64,000 nucleotides of DNA, taken from Eledone cirrhosa. Taxonomy: Eukaryota. Made by a program: the position numbers and the translations under genes. Shown in pieces: positions 53,010-64,000 of the stretch. The notes beneath the pieces were generated by a model, which made no database searches, was not told the origin of the DNA, and worked only from the letters and a program-made list of their open reading frames with translations. The stretch's first letter is position 1; every line of letters begins with the position of its first letter. Location: assembly GCA_964016885.1 (NCBI GenBank), contig OZ024756.1:25048001-25112000 (forward strand). Reading direction: 5' to 3'.

Positions 53010-55549
53010 ATCAACAACAAAAATAACAACAGCAGTAACAACAACAGTAACAACAACAGTAACAACAGTAACAATAACAGTAACAACAACAGTAACAACA
53101 ACAACAGTAACAACAACAGTAACAACAACAGTAACAACAACAACAGTAACAACAACAATAACAACAGTAACAACAACAGTAACAACAACAGTAACAACAA
53201 CAGTAACAACAACAGTAACAACAACAGTAACAACAACAACAGTAAATACAACAGTAACAACAACAGTAACAACAACAACAGTAACAACAACAATAACAAC
53301 AGTAACAACAACAGTAACAACAACAGTAACAACAACAACAGTAACAACAACAGTAACAACAACAACAGTAACAACAACAGTAACAACAACAACAGTAACA
53401 ACAACAGTAACAACAACAGTAACAACAACAACAGTAACAACAACAATGACAACAGTAACAACAACAGTAACAACAACAGTAACAACAACAGTAACAACAA
53501 CAGTAACAACAACAACAGTAACAACAACAGTAACAACAACAGTAACAACAACAACAGTAACAACAACAGTAACAACAACAACAGTAACAACAACAGTAAT
53601 AACAACAACAGTAACAACAACAGTAACAACAACAACAGTAACAACAACAATAACAACAGTAACAACAACAGTAACAACAACAGTAACAACAACAGTAACA
53701 ACAACAGTAACAACAACAGTAACAACAACAACAGTAAATACATAGGTAACAACAACAGTAACAACAACAACAGTAACAACAACAATAACAACAGTAACAA
53801 CAACAGTAACAACAACAGTAACAACAACAACAGTAACAACAACAACAGTAACAACAACAATAACAACAGTAACAACAACAGTAACAACAACAGTAACAAC
53901 AACAACAGTAACAACAACAACAGTAACAACAACAACAGTAACAACAACAGTAACAACAACAACAGTAACAACAACAATAACAACAGTAACAACAACAGTA
54001 ACAACAACAGTAACAACAACAGTAACAACAACAGTAACAACAACAACAGTAACAACAACAGTAACAACAACAGTAACAACAACAGTAACAACAACAGTAA
54101 CAACAACAGTAACAACAACAACAGTAACAACAACAGTAACAACAACAGTAACAACAACAGTAACAACAACAGTAACAACAACAGTAACAACAACAACAGT
54201 AACAACAACAATAACAACAGTAACAACAACAGTAACAACAACAGTAACAACAGTAACAACAACAGTAACAACAACAACAGTAACAACAACAGTAACAACA
54301 ACAGTAACAACAACAGTAACAACAACAGTAACAACAACAGTAACAACAACAACAGTAACAACAACAGTAACAACAACAGTAACAACAACAGTAACAACAA
54401 CAGTAACAACAACAGTAACAACAACAGTAACAACAACAACAGTAACAACAACAATAACAACAGTAACAACAACAGTAACAACAACAGTAACAACAACAGT
54501 AACAACAACAGTAACAACAACAACAATAACAACAACAGTAATAACAACAACAGTAACAACAACAGTAACAACAACAGTAACAACAACAGTAACAACAACA
54601 ACAGTAACAACAACAATAACAACAGTAACAACAACAACAGTAACAACAACAATAGTAACAACAACAGTAACAACAACAGTAACAACAACAACAGTAACAA
54701 CAACAATAACAACAGTAACAACAACAGTAACAACAACAACAGTAACAACAACAGTAACAACAACAACAGTAACAACAACAGTAACAACAACAATAACAAC
54801 AACAACAGTAACAACAACAGTAACAACAACAACAGTAACAACAACAACAACAGTAACAACAACAATAACAACAGTAACAACAACAGTAACAACAGTAACA
54901 ACAGTAACAACAACAATAACAACAGTAACAACAACAGTAACAACAACAGTAACAACAACAGTAACAACAACAGTAACAACAACAACAGTAACAACAACAA
55001 CAACAACAGTAACAACAACAGTAACAACAGTAACAACAACAATAACAACAGTAACAACAACAATAACAACAGTAACAACAACAACAGTAACAACAGTAAC
55101 AACAACAACAGCAACAACAACAGTAACAACAATAGTAACAACAACAGTAACAACAACAGTAACAACAATAACAACAGTAACAACAACAGTAACAACAACA
55201 GTAACAACAACAGTAACAACAACAACAGTAACAACAACAGTAACAACAACAGTAACAACAATAACAACAACAGTAACAACAACAGTAACAACAACAGTAA
55301 CAACAACAGTAGCAACAACAGTAACAACAGTAACAACAACAGTAACAACAACAGTAACAACAATAACAACAGTAACAACAACAGTAACAACAACAGTAAC
55401 AACAACAGTAACAACAATAACAACAGTAACAACAACAGTAACAACAACAGTAACAACAACAGTAACAACATCAACAGTAACAACAACAGTAACAACAACA
55501 ATAACAACAGTAACAACAACAATAACAACAGTAACAACAACAGTAACAA
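53010..55549. repeat. ~2.5-kb (AAC)nAGT trinucleotide array
   Basis: Directly visible. It abuts a truncated minus-strand SINE. Confidence 0.95.
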
Positions 55550-56070
55550 GGATGAAAGGCAAAGTAAGCCCGGCCGGATTTGAACTCAGAACGTAAAGGG
55601 CCGTAACTCTATGCCACAAAGCAAGTTGTCCGATGCCCACCCGATACTGCCAATCCACAACAATAATAATAATTGTTTCTATTTTTGGCACAAGGCCAGC
55701 AATTACCTCAGTGCATTACTGGTACTTTACTTTAACGACCCTCGTAAGGATGAAAGACAAAGTCAACCTCGGCGGGATTTGAACTCAGACGGTGAAGGGA
55801 CGTAACTCTATGCTGGAAAGCATGGCGTCCGACCCTCTACCGATACTGCCAATCGACTGTGGTTTCTGAACAAGGCCAGCAATTATAGGGGAGGGGAAAG
55901 GCGATTAAATCGACCCCAGTGCATGACTGGTAATTCTTTTTATCGACTCTGTAAGGGTGAAAGTCAAAGCTTAACCCCGTCCAGCGGGATTTGAACTCAG
56001 AACGTAAAGGGCCGTAACTCGATGGTGTCTGACGCATGGTGTCTGACGCTCTACCGATTCTGCCAATCCA
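55549..56070 (-). mobile_element. Three tandem tRNA-derived SINE copies
   Basis: GGATTTGAACTC (box B reverse complement) and CCGATACTGCCAATC-like heads each occur three times. Confidence 0.85.
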
Positions 56071-56189
56071 TCGAAGCAACAATCCCAACACCAACAACGA
56101 TACCAGTAATAACAGAACAGCACTAAAAGCAACATGTGGTGCTAGTTGTAGTGAACAACATCAACAACAGCTGCAACAACGTAAACAGC

Positions 56190-56695
56190 ATCACCACCAC
56201 CACCACCACCACCACCATCACCACCACCACCACCACCACCAGCATCACAACAACACACCAGCACCAGCACCACCACCACCACCACCACCATCACCACCAC
56301 CACCACCACCACCACCATCACCACCACCACCACCATCACCACCACCACCACCAGCATCACAACAACACACCAGCACCACCACCACCACCATCACCACCAC
56401 CACCACCACCAGTATCACAACAACACACCAGCACCAGCACCACCACCACCAGCACCACCATCACCACCAGCACCACCACCACCACCATAACAACAACACA
56501 CCAGCACCAGCACCACCACCACCATCACAACACACCACCACCACCATCGCCACCACCACCACCACCACCGCCACCACCACCATCACAACAACACACCACC
56601 ACCACCACCACCACCACCACCACCACCACCACCATCACAACAACACACCACCACCACCACCACCACCACCACCACCACCACACACCAGCACCATC
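56190..56695. repeat. (ACC)n-rich compound microsatellite
   Basis: Directly visible. Confidence 0.9.
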
Positions 56696-56842
56696 AGATA
56701 AAATACAGATTTGTTTTATAAATAAATATCGACATACCCGGAAAAAAGACAACCTTAACGGTTGGAGCTCTTGTTGAGTGCTTTATATCAGTTATAAAAT
56801 TTGTTAAGCTTGTTGAATCCCAACAAATTAAATATAACCTCT

Positions 56843-56898
<56 letters not shown>

Positions 56899-57078
56899 TT
56901 ATATTTACCGCACCTCATCAAAATAAACTAGATTATCGTGTTTCTTTAACGCGACATGTTGCTATTGTTGCTGTTGTTGTTGCTGTTGTTGTTGATTGTG
57001 GTGATGTTGTTGTTGATGTTGATGATGGTGGTGGGGTGGTGGTGGTGGTGCAGTTGACGTTGTTGTAGAGGTTGATGT

Positions 57079-57168
<90 letters not shown>

Positions 57169-57177
57169 CACATACAC

Positions 57178-57210
<33 letters not shown>

Positions 57211-57211
57211 T

Positions 57212-57278
<67 letters not shown>

Positions 57279-57521
57279 TATATATATATACATATGCACC
57301 ACATCAATAACATCAACGTCAACATTATCAACACCACCACCACCACCACCACCACCACCACCATCGTCACCGCCGCCGCCACCACCACCAAGACGAACAA
57401 TAACACAGTAAATTTAAATAAACACACCAACTTACCTGCAAACATCCGCAGTGTAGATTAAAATCAAAATTGCTTAAAGTCCAAGCTTTACATGTTTAAC
57501 TGTGGCCAACACACACCGTCT

Positions 57522-57965
<444 letters not shown>

Positions 57966-58009
57966 TATTGGACCTTACGTTGCTGATATTGATGAAGCTA
58001 TTACACTAT

Positions 58010-58172
58010 ATAGGAAAATGTTCAAGATCCCGACGGCAGAGCTCAAGCCCTTTCGACGGCTATTTCTGGACTGCCGTCGGGGTCTTGAACATGTCCCTAT
58101 TACCCACTCTACTACCCTAAGTATTGAGTACTCTGCTGCGTTTTGGTTCCTTACCACACTTCCTTCGTTATT
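58010..58172 (+). mobile_element. Family B fold-back mini-element
   Basis: Inverted arm followed by the family tail. Confidence 0.75.
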
Positions 58173-58271
58173 ACACTACTATATATGTATATATATATAT
58201 ATATATAGTAGTGTAATAACGAAGGAAGTGTGGTAAGGAACCAAAACGCAGCAGTGTGTGTGTATATATAT

Positions 58272-58368
<97 letters not shown>

Positions 58369-58389
58369 GGGAGAGAGAGGGAGAGAGAG

Positions 58390-58669
58390 AAAAAATGAAA
58401 TCGAAAATGCAACTGGAGTCTTATTTTAAAAAAATATATATATTTATTTGGTTCCTTTACCGGTTTCGGTAAAGGAAAACCACAGAGCCTCCATCTCAAC
58501 TCTACTTTTGAAAAGCAGAAGAACTGCGAAACCGGTAAAGGAACCAAATAAATATATATATATATTTTAAATAAGACTCCAGTTGCATTTTCGATTTCAT
58601 CTTTTTTTCTTTATACTTTCACTCGTGTAGGACACCTCGGTTATTTTTCATTTTGTAAAAAAACCTCAC

Positions 58670-58672
<3 letters not shown>
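58390..58672. mobile_element. Family C inverted mini-element with a U3-A8 HHR-like motif (58505-58540)
   Basis: Arms at about 58391-58468 and 58527-58608. Motif CTT-TTGAAAA-GCAG..CTGC-GAAA-CCGG-TA-AAG. Second copy at 62275-62440. Confidence 0.7.
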
Positions 58673-58734
<62 letters not shown>

Positions 58735-59316
58735 GCAAAACAAAATACCTGTTGATAACGTGATATTCCTCGTTCGATCATTATACCAAAAGCTTATTGT
58801 TTTAAGCAGACAGTATTTTAAGCAGACACCTAAATCAATAATACTGTCTGCTTAAAATTATTTTTTTCTGGTACATATGCTTTTGGTTATGTGTATACGT
58901 GAGTTTTGCGTCTGTGTGAGTATGCGGGTTCGTACGTATGTAGGATGTGTGTATATGCGTACATCGTGTTTTGGTTGACGTACGTCTCCGAACATAAGTG
59001 TATTTACATGTAGGTATGTGTGTGCGCTTGTTATATACGTATTTATTTATATCCGTTTATTTAATTATGTATACACGCACACACACATATATATATATTT
59101 TTTTAATATATATTTTTATGTGTATTATTCGTTTTTTCCCGTTCTTTGCCAGCGAACGTTTCCACGAACCAAAGTATCGTCTTCCTGTCTTCCTCCGGTT
59201 GCAACGTTTTTTGAAATATCCAGTTCTGCGTTTACAGATTGACTTTGTTAGTTTCAGAAGATCCCGTTAAGGGTGAAAGCAGCGATTCTTTGCTTAAACT
59301 TTAATCTGTTATTTTA

Positions 59317-59387
<71 letters not shown>

Positions 59388-59389
<2 letters not shown>

Positions 59390-59875
59390 GAACACCTTCC
59401 TCTAACACGGATTCATCCATAAATATATATGGTATAAGGGGAATCAGAGACGGAGATCAATAACTGATTTTGTTATCATGTCTGTTCTCTTCGATTTTGA
59501 GCTGAATGTTCGTGTTAAGAGAGGGGCCGAGTTATCAACTGATCACTATTTAGTTATCTGTAACTTCAGACTACCTAAAGCCAAAGAAGCCCACAAAACT
59601 GGCAGCTCCAGGGCGACATACAGGATAAAGTGGGAAGCGTTGTGGATAAGGAAGTCAGAACCACGTATACAGATACTATAGCATCCAAATTCAGAGAACT
59701 CACGGTGCAAACTGAGGATATTGAGGCAGATTGGAGATTGTTCAGCTCAGCAGTTTCTGTTTCAGCTTTTAAATGCTGCGGGCGAAAGAGGCTTGGTGTG
59801 GTGTCGGATGGCAGGAGAACCCCTTGGCTCAATCAAGAGATCAAAGATGCTATTCGAGCAAAGAAGGAGCCCTAC
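59388..59875 (+). mobile_element. LINE fragment (APE C-terminus and linker)
   Basis: VRVKRGAELSTDHYLV and RRTPWLNQEIK. Confidence 0.75.
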
Positions 59876-60239
59876 TTGAGTGGTGTTCTGCTAGCATGTG
59901 AAGTGTGTATATTGATATTATACGCAAGTATATATGCATGTAGATATCATCAAATAAAATCGTAATTGACAATATACACAGAAATAGAACGAAGACTGTG
60001 TTACACTCTCTTATGTAATCAGTAAAGTAATCCATGATACATTAAAAAAAGACGATATTATATATAAACTGCATTAGGAGAAAATTAGTGATGGAAATAT
60101 ATGAATATTTAATTAAGCGATCGCTAACCGGAAGTGTTGACATTTGATAATTTTAAAGAAGTGAATCTTAAAATAAACAAGAAAATATATTTAATCAGCC
60201 ACCAAATTTAGTAGATAAATTATGTAATATTCATTCATT

Positions 60240-60428
60240 GGTGGATTGGCAGTATCGGTAGAGTGTCAGACGCCATGCTTTGAAGCATATAGTTACGTCT
60301 CTTTACGATTTGAGTTCAAATCCCGCCGAGGTTAACTTTGTCTTCCAACCATATAGGGTCGATAAAATAAAGTACCAGTAATGTACTGGGTAATTGCTGG
60401 CCTTGTGCCAAAAGTAGAAACAATTATT
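60240..60428 (+). mobile_element. tRNA-derived SINE
   Basis: Same SINE family. Confidence 0.85.
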
Positions 60429-60496
60429 TATTCAAACTAATCCAACTTATTTTACTAAAGGGATAAAAAATTATAAACCGTACAACTTACTTTATT

Positions 60497-60527
<31 letters not shown>

Positions 60528-60684
60528 TTCTAGAAATAGCCGTCAAAACGGCTTGAGCTCTGCCGTCGGGGTCATAATTTTTCCTATTACCCACTCTACT
60601 ACCCTAAGTATTGAGTACTCTGGTGCGTTATGGTCCATCTGGTTCCTTACCACAATTCCTTCGTTATATATATATAGGAAAAAG

Positions 60685-60716
<32 letters not shown>

Positions 60717-60796
60717 AAGGTTAAACAAGGTTCGATGAATAAATCCATGACTGCATCTTAACCATCTACTATGTCAGGGTATGTCATGCATCATCT

Positions 60797-60863
60797 TATT
60801 TTATCTGATGAGGACGTACTGTTGAAGTTAGCTCAGTACCTCTGAAATATGTATAATAAAATA
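60797..60863 (+). ncRNA. Type I hammerhead ribozyme motif
   Basis: TATTTTAT-CTGATGA-GGACGTACTG..CAGTACCTCT-GAAA-TATGTA-TA-ATAAAATA. Confidence 0.7.
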
Positions 60864-60908
60864 TAATTGATCACAATGAAGTTCTATTTTTGTTAATATT
60901 TTGAATGA

Positions 60909-60939
<31 letters not shown>

Positions 60940-60974
60940 TCACAAGAATCAAAGCTATGTTCAAAGCATTTATT

Positions 60975-61022
60975 CACTTACAATTGTTTCATCCAAACCT
61001 AGGCTTGGAGTCTTCGGAGCAT
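60975..61022 (-). ncRNA. HHR-like motif (core CCGAAGA, probably mutated)
   Basis: TGCT-CCGAAGA-CTCCAAGCC tag GTTTGGAT-GAAAC-AATT-GTA-AGTG. Confidence 0.5.
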
Positions 61023-62434
61023 TTTTCAATGCTTGTACATATAATTGACCTCCTATCCAACGCAAGAGACATACAGATACATATATATATATATTGATGT
61101 ACACTGGAGTGACATATATTATACTATACTATATTTGTACAGCAATTCAAATTTAAAATCAAAATTAAAGTACATGCGGCAGATAACACAGATAATGCAA
61201 GAGGATAGTTCGATAATCAGATCTAGTAGATAGTGTATGCGTTAGTCATACATGGAGCATGTAAATGTGTCTCATTTATATAAGAGTATTGTGTGGCAAG
61301 GTGTTACATGTAATGCACGGACTTTAAGCGGGTAAGCAAGAGTATTATGGTGGTTGTAGTGGGAGGGTATTTTTTGTATAGATAAATAAAGTATGTGTGC
61401 AGAAAAAGAAAAAGAAAAAGAAAGTTATAGTTTTCGCATCCACCACCATTTTCACATTCAGAAAAATAAAGTTTTAGTTTTCACATCCATCACATATGTT
61501 ACGTGAATTCGTATTGAATGTTTGATGTAGTAAATGATTGTAACGTATTGAGGCTCAGTGTTATTTAATCCATATTTATAGAATAGGTTCTTTCTGCTGC
61601 GAGAATTTACAGCGGTTTATTATCCGGAAGTAGGTGTGTAATTATGAGGAGTTAATGCGTAAGGGGAGGTAACTAGCTGATTCTCATAACTAAATTCATT
61701 GTTCTAACATACATTATATGGTGCGTCAATTGAGTCCCTTATATAAAAGGTTATATATTTATATTTAATTTTAAATACAGTCTACTCTATCATAATGTAT
61801 TAAATGTATCTATAGGAAGTTGATTACTCTTTATTATATAGCGCTATAATTGAACTTCCCACACAAAGTGGCATATCTTTATATCAAAATTCACTGTAAA
61901 TACAGTCTACTCTCAAAACATATCAAAGGACCAATTAGAATTTTGTCTACATAACCCTTGGTAAGCTATGGAGCAGCGTACGGCTGTTTGCATGATAAAA
62001 TCAAATACATCTCTTGGGTAAACAAATACATCCATCATTTACAATGTCATTAATCTATCCATCAAGTTATACATGCATATATAATTCATATATAATTCAT
62101 TGCACCACCCTACATATAAGTTAAACAGATCCCTTATGTTAATAAATTAATCCTATATATATCTGATGTTATTACTCTATACATTTAATTACAGATGCAT
62201 ATATAATTCACTGCCGTATCTACTTTAAATACTAGATACGGCAGTATCTAGTATTTAAAGTATTTCTAGTATAAAGAAAAAAAGATGAAATCGAAAATGC
62301 AACTGGAGTCATATTTTTAAAAAAATATATATATATATATTTGGTTCCTTTACCGGTTTCGCAGTTCGGTAAAGTAACCAAATGAATATATATATATTTT
62401 TTTAAATAAGACTCCAGTTGCATTTTCGATTTCA

Positions 62435-62501
<67 letters not shown>

Positions 62502-62503
<2 letters not shown>

Positions 62504-63133
62504 GAAAGTCTTCTTCTCAATGGATTTCCGCATGGATTATCCATTTATTTTGAGACTTGAAACCGTACGGTAAAGGTAACCATAGCAGGTACAGTGAACT
62601 TTTTAAAATTTATTTTAAAACTTTTTCTTATTTGCTAAACCTTGATTATATATGTTCTGGCTCGTTAATTTATTAACCTGCCATAGAACCACATTGGCAT
62701 ACGGTTGGATAATACATGTGTCCCTATATGCATTTTGCATGTAGGAAAACATACTATTATTATTAATCTCCCCTGGTCGAGATAACATTTTGGTCGTTTT
62801 AACTGCTGCTATTTCTAGTGGCAGTACATTGACCTTTCCGCCCCTGCCTTCTATCTTTACACACGGCACTAGACAAGAATGTTTCTTCCTCATACACTTT
62901 CAGCCGGGAACAATTCTGTATGGCGCCAGTTCGTGATTTGAACTCGGGAATTTTAAATTCTCCGAGTGAGAAGAACCCTCTGACGAAAGTCTTCTTCTCA
63001 ATGAATTTCCGCATGGATTATCCATTTATTTTGAGACTTGAAACCGCACGGTAAGGGTAATTATATAATTATAGCAGGTACAGTGAACTTTTTAAAATTT
63101 ATTTTAAAACTTTTTCTTATTTGCTAAACCTTG

Positions 63134-63136
<3 letters not shown>
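62502..63136 (+). mobile_element. Retrozyme-like non-coding element with ~150-bp direct repeats carrying HHRs
   Basis: 62502-62650 repeats at 62983-63136, and both flanks are (TA)n. Confidence 0.8.
62975..63058 (+). ncRNA. Type I hammerhead ribozyme motif
   Basis: ACCCT-CTGACGA-AAGTCT...AGACTT-GAAAC-CGCACG-GTA-AGGGT. Canonical core, and all stems pair. Confidence 0.8.
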
Positions 63137-63212
<76 letters not shown>

Positions 63213-63426
63213 GAAAAGAGTCAGAACACCGAGCTATTTCTGAGTCCAGAAATAACTGTCTAAACGGCTTGACCTCTGCCGTCGGGGTCATACTTTTTCC
63301 TATTACCCACTCTACTACCCAAAGTTTCGAGTACTCTGGTGCGTTATGGTCCACCTGGTTCCTTACCACACTTCCTTCGTTATATACATATATATATATT
63401 TCAGTCTTCACATTTATTATTATTAC

Positions 63427-63460
<34 letters not shown>

Positions 63461-63465
<5 letters not shown>

Positions 63466-63878
63466 TAAACGGAATAGAAAATGCTGACAAATTGTTCACA
63501 GTTGAAAAATGGTTTAATTAGGAATAAAAGAGTATTAGTGATTGTATTCAGTTGTGGTTTTAAGTTTTTAAGTTTTTACCGGTTGCGCATTTCTAAATGC
63601 TTTTCAAAAATAATTTTGAGATAGAGTGTCCGTGCTGTTTGCTCTGATCAGAGCAAACAGCACGGACACTCTATCTCAAAATTATTTTTGAAAAGCATTT
63701 AGAAATGCGCAACCGGTAAAAACTTAAAAACTTAAAACCACAACTGAATACTAACCCATACAATCACTAATACTCTTGTATTCCTAATTAAACCATTTTT
63801 CAACTGTGAACAATTTGTCAGCATTTTCTATTCCGTTTACCAATATATAATAACTTGTGTGCTACACCTCTATTCTTT

Positions 63879-63883
<5 letters not shown>
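63461..63883. mobile_element. Near-perfect ~385-bp palindrome with an HHR-like motif in each arm and a one-sided tail
   Basis: Centre CTCTGA|TCAGAG at 63647/63648, flanked by (TA)n. Confidence 0.85.
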
Positions 63884-63944
<61 letters not shown>

Positions 63945-64000
63945 CTTCTTGCACACATTAATTTCTCTATTTTCATTTATATTTATACTCGGAATTTTTC

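Noticed and set aside
52974-55691. 850-900 aa poly-Asn/Ser, poly-Leu and poly-Val ORFs
   Set aside because: These are translations of a trinucleotide repeat with no stop codons in those frames. There is no unique coding sequence or gene structure.

Overview
AT-rich, microsatellite-dense eukaryotic DNA. The SINE and repeat content suggests a cephalopod (Octopus-like); this is an inference. Three host genes lie on the minus strand: the first coding exon of an SLC7/LAT-type amino-acid transporter (1390-2053), a gene with an uninterrupted CDS encoding a CARD plus a degenerate caspase-like domain (13849-14622), and a spliced rhodopsin-class peptide GPCR (29963-30352 + 33157-33973, probably + 41153-41460). 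The rest is transposon-derived: tRNA-headed SINEs, RTE/Tx1/R4/CRE LINE relics, a hAT element with TIRs and an 8-bp TSD, an LTR with a tRNA-Trp PBS, and Penelope-like (PLE) fragments. The main unexplained structure is a dense set of small elements sitting in (TA)n tracts. They carry minimal type I hammerhead ribozyme (HHR) motifs from several sequence families, arranged as inverted (fold-back) repeats or tandem retrozyme-like repeats. One is an RT-less GIY-YIG endonuclease element bracketed by inverted HHR arms. All ribozyme folds were read by eye, and no searches were run.
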